Below are positions 53,110 to 64,000 of a stretch of DNA of 64,000 nt, one piece after another. Below the pieces are notes generated by a model. The model was not told the DNA's origin. It ran no database searches and worked only from the letters and a program-made list of their open reading frames with translations. The stretch is from Octopus sinensis (Eukaryota), in the NCBI RefSeq assembly GCF_006345805.1, contig NC_043002.1, positions 80,352,001-80,416,000 on the forward strand, read 5' to 3'. Every line of letters begins with the position of its first letter. Position 1 is the first letter of the stretch. A program made the translations under genes and the position numbers.

Positions 53110-54256
53110 GTGAGTGAGTGAGTGAGTGAGTGAGTGAGTGAGTGAGAGATAGACAGACAGACAGACAATCAGACAAACAGACAGATAGACAGACAGAGAG
53201 GAGTGAGGAGAAAGAAATTGGAGAAAGTGAGAGCAAGGGAGAGATAATGTTCATGTGCAGTCGAAATTTTTAGGCCTAATTGTGAACGACAGTTTCATCG
53301 CTGCAACATAAATCTGTAACATTGATTATTCTGATAGGCTGCCAATATTTATTGAAATACACTCGCCTGTATTAGAAACATACGCAAATGTTTCTAATAC
53401 ACACATACACACACAAACACATACACACACACACACGTGATGTATGAATGTATGTACTGTAAGTATGTATGAACTGAGGGTAATAGCTGAAGTGGGTCAA
53501 TGTAACGAATGTAGGTACCTAATTCAGGTGGTAATGTACCGAATAACTTACACCGAAATTTCTCAAAGAATCGATATATATCGAAGGAGAGCAAAAATCT
53601 ACTGGTATTTAAGAGCGAATCTCAAAGAAACGAAGAGAAATTTTCAAGATATTAAGAATTAATTTTACAGTAATATATTAATTTTCATGCTTTTATATAA
53701 AGTTACGCATAAACTCATAACCTATTAACTTTCATTTAAATCTATTAATATCAAAAGTATTGCGTATGAACTGTACTGTTGAGATATGAATATATAAAGG
53801 CCTCCATCTATAGACGGAGAATGAAGATAAAATAGATACCGAATACATATTTCTAATTAAATTTGAATCTTCAAAAAATGCTAAACACTAAAAATTAGCA
53901 ATATTTTTATATATTGTTCAGTAAATAATGGCTATGCGTCATGTTGGCACAGCCAGTTTGGCGCCGCCTTTTTTAGCGTCGAAAATTTGCCAGTGATTTA
54001 TTTAGCATTAGACATTTTAATGTTTTTCTCATTCTATCTGCACTTCTCTAGCCACCAACCCTGTTTCTCTGCGTGTACATGTGTGCACGTGTTGTGCGTG
54101 TGTGTGTGTGTGCGTGCGTGTGCGTGCGTGTGTTTTTATGTGTGTGAACATATTTATCTATGTGTGAGGAGAGGGAAATTGTTGAATTACTACGTCTCTT
54201 TCTTCCCTCTGTTTCCGAAACTTTCTATCTGTTTGTGCATATTTCTGCATACGCGC

Positions 54257-54306
<50 letters not shown>

Positions 54307-54551
54307 TGTGTTTGCTACCTGCGACACAATGTTCTGTACCCAAAACAGGTTGACTATCCAATCAGTCGTACCAAAATCCTCAACGCCCAAATAGCTGCTT
54401 TAAGTCGTTGTCGATATTAATGGGCAGCCTATAATTCTAATTTCCTCAAAGACCATGTGATCACTTGGAAATACAGAAATCACACTTCAATTTTTTTTCT
54501 CATTAGCAATTGTTTCTTTTCATTCGCCTGACATACAATGTTTGATCGAAT

Positions 54552-54960
54552 CGTGGTGAAACGTTAGCACGCCGGGCGAAATGCTGAGCGGTATTTCTTC
54601 TGTCCTTACGTTCTGAGTTCAAATTCCGCCCAGGTCGACTTTGCTTTTCATACTTTCGGGGTCGATAAATTAAGTACCAGTTACGCACTGGGGTCGATAT
54701 AATCGACTTAATCCGTTTGTCTGTCCTTGTTTGTCACCTCTATGTTTAGCCCCTTGTGGGTAATACAGAAACAGGTATTTCGTCTGCCGTTACGTTCTGT
54801 GTTCAAATTCCGCCGAGGTCAACTTTTCTTTTCATCCTTTCGGGGTCAATAAATTAAGTACAAGTTACATACTGGGGTCGATGTAATCGACTTAATCCCT
54901 TTGTCTGTCCTTGCTTATCCCCTCTATGTTTAGCCCCTTGTGGGCAATAAGGAAATAAGA
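54552..54960 (+). mobile_element. Head-to-tail SINE-B2 dimer, 184 bp period
   Basis: ggtatttc at 54590 and 54774; the second unit lacks the first ~40 nt. Confidence 0.9.
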
Positions 54961-55224
54961 AACTGTAATCTCTGTTTACCCTCTATGACATATAGATAAC
55001 CATGTGGCTCTTGCGGGGTCCACATAAGATTTTGTTGTTGAAATCTATGCAATATACTGGTTATGCATCCACAATACACAAACTTATTCAACGTTTCTTT
55101 TATAACATTCCTAATAATGTTTAATTCTAAAAAATATAACAGGATCTTTTAAACATGAAAGTCCACTATAATAAAATAGGGATGATGGGGTTGATAGGTC
55201 CAAAATGATTAAGAATCACTGCAC

Positions 55225-55268
<44 letters not shown>

Positions 55269-55517
55269 AATAAAGACACTTCAGATACAATATAATAAAT
55301 AAGCACACACCAACACGTACAAATATATGTGAGCATGTATGTGTATGTAAGCGCTTGCCTACGTATGTGAGGGTATGTAGTGCGTGCGTGCACCGGAATA
55401 AATTTGAATTAATATAATGATGAGTCATCATTTAACCTAGGCATTTCTTTCTGGAAGTATCCCTCCATGTGTCTGTTTACAGTTTAGACCTATATACTTG
55501 TGGCTGTTGTAATACTT

Positions 55518-55530
55518 TATTATTATTATT

Positions 55531-55601
<71 letters not shown>

Positions 55602-55679
55602 TATTTTTATTATTATCATCATTATTATTATTATTACTATTATCATCATTATTATTATTATTATCATCATCAACATCAC

Positions 55680-55710
<31 letters not shown>

Positions 55711-55714
55711 GTTA

Positions 55715-55745
<31 letters not shown>

Positions 55746-55793
55746 TATCATCATTATTATCATTATTATTATTATTATTATCATCATCATCAT

Positions 55794-55856
<63 letters not shown>

Positions 55857-55870
55857 TATCATTATCGTTA

Positions 55871-55926
<56 letters not shown>

Positions 55927-56010
55927 GTTATTGTTATTATCATCATCATCATCATCATCATCATCATTATTATTATTATCATTATTATTATTATTATTAT
56001 TGCTATTGTT
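55518..56010. repeat. (TAT)n/(CAT)n compound microsatellite
   Basis: Direct inspection; source of the poly-Y/H ORF. Confidence 0.95.
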
Positions 56011-56263
56011 ATTATTTGCCTCCTATGTTTTTAGTTGAGAGAATTCTCGCGTATTTGACAAGCAAATGTCATGGATTAAAAGGAGAGCTTTCAAAAAATC
56101 AGCACCGAAAGTTCATCATTGTTGATCTTACAAATTTTACACATGCATATGCAACAACACACGCACTAGTCATATCCACACGCACATAATCACACACAAC
56201 CACAGACTCTCTCTCTCCCCCTCTCTCTCGCTCTCTGTCGTTCTCTCTCTCTCACACACACAG

Positions 56264-56306
<43 letters not shown>

Positions 56307-56458
56307 GAGAGACAAGGACAGAGAATATATATACATCTTTACATGTATGCATACGTTTATGCAGATCTCTCTGTCTCTCTCTATATATATATAGATTCTA
56401 TATCTATATCTATATCTATATCGATATCTCTATCTATATCTATCACTATCTATCTACC

Positions 56459-56510
<52 letters not shown>

Positions 56511-56670
56511 ATATATATTATATCTATATATATATATACATATATATACATGTGTGTGTGTGTTTGTGCACATACACACGATGTTTCGCACTGTTTTGAC
56601 CGTTGTCGAATAGCTTAATCATTTGGTCAACAGGAATACCAAAAGAAAACTGATCTGGGGATATATATAT

Positions 56671-56735
<65 letters not shown>

Positions 56736-56750
56736 CATATATATATATAC

Positions 56751-56781
<31 letters not shown>

Positions 56782-56831
56782 CATACATAATATATATATA
56801 TATATATATATATATCTATATATATATATAG

Positions 56832-56866
<35 letters not shown>

Positions 56867-57185
56867 CGTTTCAGAGTGGGATATATAGTAGTATTTGTCG
56901 AATGATAGACAGCAGACATCAAAGAAGATAAGTAAAGAGAATTAGGGAGGTGCAGCGGAGGGAAACATAAATAAAGACTGAAAAGTATAAAACTCACCTA
57001 GAATAATTGTTCAGATTATACGTCAATATATGTCAATGACATTCGTTCGTTAATTGTAAATTGAACGGAAGTTCAAATCAGTATTCCGTCGTGTTAACTG
57101 TGAATAGCAGAGCATAAATATTGGCAATACACATGCATGCACGCTCGCACGCATGCACGCACACACAGACACACACACACACGCA

Positions 57186-57237
<52 letters not shown>

Positions 57238-57335
57238 AAACAAACACACATAACCACATACACGCGCACACGCATGTATTTATTAGAGGTAGAGAAATGC
57301 ATGTATTTAGCTGTTTATATATATATACATACATA

Positions 57336-57386
<51 letters not shown>

Positions 57387-57469
57387 GTGTGTGTGTGTGT
57401 GTTTATACACGCGCACAGAAAGATGGGGGAGAGAGTGACAGACAGAGAAAGAAAGAGAGAGAAAGTGAA

Positions 57470-57740
57470 GGTGAGCGGCTTAGAGGTTAGTGGTATTCGG
57501 CTCTTGATCGTAACGACTTGACCTCCCGGCGCCGTGTTGTGTCCTTGAGCAAGACACTTTACTTCCCGTTGCTCCAGTCCACTCAACTGCCAAAGATGAG
57601 TAGTACCTGTATTTCAAAGCGGCAGACTTTGTTACATTCGGTGTCACGCTGAGCCCCCTGAGGACTACGGTAAGTGTACACGTGTCCCAGCACGGTAATT
57701 TCACTGGGATCAACTGGAAACCTTACCCTCGTAACCGACT
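57470..57740 (+). mobile_element. Third SINE family (tRNA-like head and CORE-type central block); a possible tail fragment lies at ~63145-63250
   Basis: gagcggcttagaggttagtggt...tgtgtccttgagcaagacactttacttc..gctccagtccactcaactg. Confidence 0.55.
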
Positions 57741-57997
57741 TGGTCATCTTAGAACTACAATATCACTCAGTGTACACTACACAATAATGTGGATACGATT
57801 CAATGACGCGCGCAAGCACACAAATACACGCGCACACACATACAAACACATTGCACGACAACCTCATACAATCACTGTATAAGTTCTTTCGACTTTGTCG
57901 TTTTGTTTCTTCTTTCGATTTGCATATATACATATATATATATAATATATATATATATATGCAGAGAGAGACAGACAGAGAGAGAGAGACAGAGAGA

Positions 57998-58034
<37 letters not shown>

Positions 58035-58335
58035 AGGTAAGAAGTAATTAACAATGAGAAATGAATCATTGTTGTTTAAAAGTCATTATTTAATTGAATT
58101 TGGAACATTTACAGCTGTTTTTGTTTATGAAATTGGAGTGAATTTAGATTTACCTCGTTAATTTAATAAACACCTTCAGAATGCTTAGAGGGGAAAGAAA
58201 GGCAAAGAAAAAAAAAAAAGAAAAAGGAAAAAGAAAAGAGTTCGTTAAAGATAATGGCTTACTAAAAACGTAATTTACCAATGTGATGTACTCGCAAATA
58301 ATTACAAGAAAACTTATATTGGGGAACTTATTTTT

Positions 58336-58616
58336 CGCAAGCCTAGTACTTATTCTATCGGTCTCTTTTACCAAACCGCTTGATAATGGGGATGTAAGCA
58401 AACGAACATCGGTTGCCAAACGATGGTGGCAGGAAGGGGACAAACATATACACACAAACATATATATGTATATATATATATATATATATATACGACGGGC
58501 TTCCACCAAATTGTCTCACAAGGATTTGGTCGGCTCGAGGATATAACAGAAGCTATTGAACCCGGAACTCATGTGGTTGGGGAACAAGCATTTTACCACA
58601 CAGCCACGCCAGCGCA
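58336..58616 (-). mobile_element. SINE-A with internal deletion
   Basis: Head cttttaccacacagccacgcc-type sequence and body present in reverse orientation. Confidence 0.8.
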
Positions 58617-58736
58617 TATATATATATGTATGTGTGTGTTTGTGTGTCTGTGTATATATACACACATATATCTATCTATCTATATATATATGTATATACA
58701 TACAAGTATGTGTGTGTGTGTGTGTGTGTGTGTGTA

Positions 58737-58936
58737 TACACGCGTGGGAATGCTTGAAAAGTTCTTGGAGTATCGAGAAAAGCCTGGCTGGAGGCTCAAC
58801 TTTAAAGGGCTTAGGAAAACCGAAGGACCGCTGCAATAAGTGCATGAGTCTGAGAGGAGAATACGTTGGATAAAACCGTAACAGGTCCTGTATTTTCTTT
58901 CACCGAAAGCTAGGAACGTCTCAGCACCTCTTCGTA
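58737..58936 (+). mobile_element. mariner-derived miniature element
   Basis: Imperfect TIRs (tgcttgaaaagttcttgg / ctaggaacgtctcagcacctcttcgta) around DRCNKCMSLRGEYVG*, a mariner C-terminus. Confidence 0.65.
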
Positions 58937-59411
58937 TGTATATGTGTATGCGTGTTAGTGTATGTGTGTGTGTGTGTAAGTGGGTGTGTATTACGGAACG
59001 AGACATGGAAACAGGGGGGGGGGAGGAAACCGACACAGATCTTGAGAGGCGAGAGATAGACAAATACTTTAGTGGCAGGCTGGTGGCGAGATTTCAAACT
59101 TATTTATTTGTGATGACTTCCTGTTTATTATTTAAGTAGGGAGAGGGCAGGGATGGACTGGCTTCTTTGAAATTTTGTTTGTATTTAAAAGATTACATTT
59201 CACTGCATCTTGAGCGTGAGGTCAGACGCACAGTCTTTGTGACCTTCTCTTCTTCTTATCATTCGCTGTATCTTTCTTCTTCTTCTCCTTCTTAGTGTTT
59301 GCGCTCTATTGATTTACTTTTATTTTTTAAACTGTTTTCCTTCATTTGTTTTTATTGCGTATTTTGTTAATGTCAATTAGAGTGAGAGAAAGAGAAAGAG
59401 ACATTTATCTC

Positions 59412-59494
<83 letters not shown>

Positions 59495-59747
59495 CACACA
59501 CACACAGACACACACACTCACACAGACACGCACACTCACTCAGACACACAAACACATTAATACTTTCAAAGAACTTTCGAGAACCATATTTTGGAAGTGA
59601 CGTGTTTATTACGGTCATTCTTTCTAGTTTAATTGCCTTGCTATATGGATACCTACATTCTTATCGATTTACATACGTAAGCACATACACACAAACACAC
59701 ACACGCACATACATCACATATACACAAACAGATGTAAATACATATAT

Positions 59748-59917
59748 ACGATGGGCTTTTTTCAGTTTCGGCCTACAAAATCCACTCACAGGGCTTTGGT
59801 CGGTCCGAGGTTATTCTATCGGGTTCATTTGCTGAACTGCTAAATTACGGGGACGTAAACACACCAGCATCGGTTGTCAAGCAGTGTTGGGGGACAAACA
59901 CAGACACATAAACACAT

Positions 59918-59965
<48 letters not shown>

Positions 59966-59995
59966 TATATATATATATATATATATATTTGCTTA

Positions 59996-60031
<36 letters not shown>

Positions 60032-60110
60032 GTATATACATATTGCGACGGGCTTCTTTCAGTTTCCGTCTACCAAATGCACTCACAGGGCTTTGGTTGG
60101 CCCGAGGTTC
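59748..60110 (-). mobile_element. Two partial SINE-A segments
   Basis: gggctttcttcagtttccgtctaccaa-type block occurs twice. Confidence 0.75.
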
Positions 60111-60699
60111 AGTTTATCTATGTGTCTTTCTCAATCTCACATACATATACATATAGTGATATAAGTATTACACCCACCCCGTATATTTATCCCTGTTGCA
60201 ATATATACACCACAGAAACCAGGATTTTGCAATATTATTTTATTCAATTGGTCTTACATTGTTACACTTTTATCGCCTTCAAAGTATTCTCTAGTTGAAG
60301 CAATGCATCGGTCTAGATGCGTTAGTCACTGTAAAAAGCAGTGCTGGAACTATTGCGAAGTGATGCCATTTTAACGCCTCACTCGTTTTTTCTTCTCCTC
60401 TACCACATCTGAAAATTCCGTCGCACCAGTTTTCGTCGCGAGAGATGACCTCCGAAAACAGGTCCGGATCAAATTCCAACTATTGGATAGAAGAGCCTGA
60501 TGACTGGGGGTTACATTTTAAAAACGGTTCCAGCAAAAGACGGAGTGGTTTAGGAACCGGGGAATGCACCTCATGAAACACGTGTAGCAAAGTTATAAAA
60601 CAGTAGGTATTTAAAATAAAAATTCTTTTTTATATGGTGAGATGAAGGGGCCTACTATCTCTAAATTAATATATATAATATAAGCCGAAGCGAATATCA

Positions 60700-60786
<87 letters not shown>

Positions 60787-61250
60787 TTATATTTATATAT
60801 GACTAAAGGGATTAAAGATACAGGCGAATATTTTATAAGCTCTCTGTAGAGAGCTTATAAATTCATTTGTAACAGATATTGATTTGTAAGAGATATAGTA
60901 GGCTAACTAAATTGATTTGTAATAGATATATAGCCAACAACGTAATCGGTACTGTAACAAAGTGTCACCAGTACAATTCGTAACTCCAAAGAGCAGACAC
61001 TAATTAAAATCAATATGGCCCTACAGAGTATTACAACATATATACTTATTACATTATATCATGAGAGGAACACTTATATTGGCTTTTGGTGTAATATGCA
61101 CTCTTATTTATATCGCATGCAATATCAACAAAAGTGCATTTTGACCCAAAAGCCAATATAGGAGTTTGTTGTAATAGAACATCCACGCTTATGTGGGCGT
61201 TAATATGATCCCTAGGTATTAATACTGTCTTTATCGCTAATATATATATA

Positions 61251-61297
<47 letters not shown>

Positions 61298-61552
61298 TAT
61301 ATATGTATGTGTGTGTGTGTGGTTATAGATATTTGTCTATATGATGATTGCTCTATTTTCATAGATGATTGCCGTCTCCTTTTTCTTCCTCATTGTCAAC
61401 GACATTACTTAATTTCCATCTACGTCCTTTTATATGACTATTCAGTCGCCGATGCAGATCTGCACTATTTGAAGTATAAGTGACAAACAAAAATCTTAAC
61501 TTACTGTGTGCGTCCTACTAGTTAGGTGAGCAATATATAAAGATATATACAC

Positions 61553-63012
61553 ATAAACGAACCCGCAAAAGAAAAGTGTTTTTTTTTTCAAATGTCATTT
61601 TTATATGGTTAATTCTGAACATGTATTTCGAGGATATAAGTGTAAATGTTCCAAGACATGCTGGTTTATGGCTGAGACCCAAATTGCAGGAACCTTTCAA
61701 CTTTCTCTGAAACGAGACGTCAAAATGCAGCTGCGTTGAATGCCGAGGGTGGCAGTCGCAAACAATTGTCATGAAAACCGAAATGCTCATTCGTAATTTG
61801 GACCCATCAGATATGACCCGATCGTCAGTAACGCAGAGAGAACAAGTAATCGGCCGACTGCAAGTAGGGCAGTATGCCCTGGTTTTTGCGAAAGCTTACG
61901 ATGTCCATATCAGCACCATCTATCGCCTTCAACAGCGATAAGCACTGCAGACACTGCCCGCAGAGGGCGTCCCCAGGTGGCCACGCTCAGGCTGGACCGC
62001 TTCATCCACCTACAACACCTCCGTGATCGCTTCACACCGGCCAGCATGACAGCTCGCGAGACCAATGACACTGGATAGCGACCAATCAGCGACGACACGG
62101 TACGACGTCCACTGGCCGCAAGCAACCTGCACTGGCGTTGTCCTGCTCGAGGCCCTGTCCTCACTGCCTGCCACCGTCAGGCACGACTACAATGGGCTAC
62201 ACAGCACCGAAATTGGCAGTGTCAACAATAGAGATCGATAGTCTTCTCTGACGAGAGCCGGTACAGTGTACCACCTCGGTTGGCAGAGTGCGGATGTGGC
62301 GCAGGAGTGATGAACGTTACAGAAACGCTTATGTCATGGAAAAAGGCGCGTGGGGTGGCTTGGGGTACTATAGGCCTGAATCAGAGAATTGAGTCCCATG
62401 TGTCCCAAAATGTTGGAGGTGGCAGAAGGAATGGCTTCACAGCGCACCGCTACCTTGACCAGATCCTAAGACCTCACACCGTTCTCTTCTTCGCGCATCA
62501 CCATACCCACGTGTTCCAGCAGGACAATATTCCCTTCTACACGATCAAGTTCACTATGGACTTCCTGCGTCATCGCAACATCAGAACCATGCCGTGACCG
62601 GCTCTCAGCTCAGATTTAAACCTAACTAAACACCTGTGGCATGAAATCTGGAGACGACTGAACCAGCTGGTCCCAAGGTCGATAACTCGTGTGGAACTAG
62701 AGGCTCTCCTCAGTGTGTGGGCACAGGTGCCAATGGCTTTTGTGAACCGCCTCATGCACTAAATGTACCAACGGTGTATAACCATTTTGAACACCCAGGG
62801 AAGGCATATACGATATTGAACATGTCACGCCCTACAGTTTTGATGTGCTGGATCCACCCACTACCAGAACGCATGATCATGAGCCATAGATTGTGGTCAA
62901 AGTGCATTTAAGAAATTAACTTTATCTGATTTATTAAAATTCATCTCTGACATAATGAAATTAAGACATATTTCAGTTACATGCGTCTCGCGTTTCTTTT
63001 ACGGTTCAGTGT
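61553..63012 (+). mobile_element. Tc1 (DD34E) element, near full length, decayed; transposase ~61813-62819
   Basis: MTRSSVTQREQVIGRLQ...RGRP...IVFSDESR...VFQQDN + 34 residues to (E>K)HLW...GRHIRY*. Imperfect TIRs gaacccgcaaaagaaa / tttcttttacggttc. Confidence 0.85.
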
Positions 63013-63013
63013 C

Positions 63014-63117
<104 letters not shown>

Positions 63118-63254
63118 TGTGTGTTGTGTGTTGTGTGTGTGTGTGGCCTGCTCGCTTAGCCAGCGGGGTGGTGTCATTGAAGGTTAAAACAAAAGGAAGC
63201 GCATTGGGACCAGCGGTGTGTAGCGACATCTGATAGCCTGGGCGGACACGATGA

Positions 63255-63295
<41 letters not shown>

Positions 63296-63413
63296 TATAC
63301 ATGTCTCTCTCCCTTTCTCTCTCTCTCTTTCGCTCTATCTGTAAACTACTTCTAACACTTTATACGTACATACATACATACATGCATACATTCATCATAC
63401 ATACATACATACA

Positions 63414-63447
<34 letters not shown>

Positions 63448-64000
63448 CATATATATACATACATATATATACGCACTTATATATCTGTGTATGTATATGT
63501 ACGTTTATATATTGTATTTTTATAACTGGCAGCATGACCCCCCTCCACAAATGCACAACGCTTGTGGGTGCACGCACGTCTACAGAAGAGGGCAGTGTTA
63601 GTTTAGAAAATTCACATTTTAGATATAGAAGCTATAGATGTGTTTTAAATCATTATTAGTACTTGGTAGTATAAAGACATCGATGACTTCGTCGCTTTGT
63701 TTAATTAATAAAGTGAATTAGTTACCTTAGTTTCTGTTTTTACTTTTATCGTTATAGATTATCCATATCTTAATTGGCAATATTCTACTCGTTATTTGAT
63801 GTTTGGTTTTATTTCTTCGCCGGAAAACATTACAAAGAGAATCTGACATATGCATAGCAACACTGCATGTGTATATGTATGATGCGAAATAACGTGGAAA
63901 GAAAGAGTAGTTAGATGAATATCAAGTCATTACAATCACTATTAGTTAGACTTAAGTCTGTCATGAGCATCTGGTTTCAAAAGGCCTGAGCTTAAACGGG

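Noticed and set aside
60291-60479. Minus-strand peptide DPDLFSEVISRDENW resembling the mariner first-D motif
   Set aside because: Similarity does not extend, no TIRs were found, and the plus strand is better explained by a hammerhead-bearing repeat.

Overview
AT-rich eukaryotic non-coding DNA, dense in microsatellites and transposon debris. The repeat repertoire looks like an octopus/cephalopod genome (recognition, not a database result). No host protein-coding gene, rRNA, true tRNA gene or CRISPR array can be supported; almost all long ORFs in the track are microsatellite translations or decayed transposon reading frames. Identifiable content: two abundant tRNA-derived SINE families (called SINE-A and SINE-B here) plus a third; decayed LINEs (CR1/L2-like, R4/Dong-like, RTE-like, L1/Tx1-like); Penelope-like remnants with a GIY-YIG domain and hammerhead-ribozyme-like motifs; Tc1 (DD34E), maT (DD37D) and mariner remnants; MITEs; and a Helentron-type non-autonomous element. 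Most notable observation: a ~2.2 kb L1/Tx1-like element with a CCHC-knuckle ORF1 and no recognisable RT, whose every intact terminus abuts the same 13-mer (GTAGCTTGCTTAC) in the tRNA-like head of SINE-A. This suggests a sequence-specific retroelement that targets a SINE. All alignments were done by eye, TE and SINE boundaries are approximate, and scattered single-base indels suggest long-read errors, so individual frameshifts may be artefacts.
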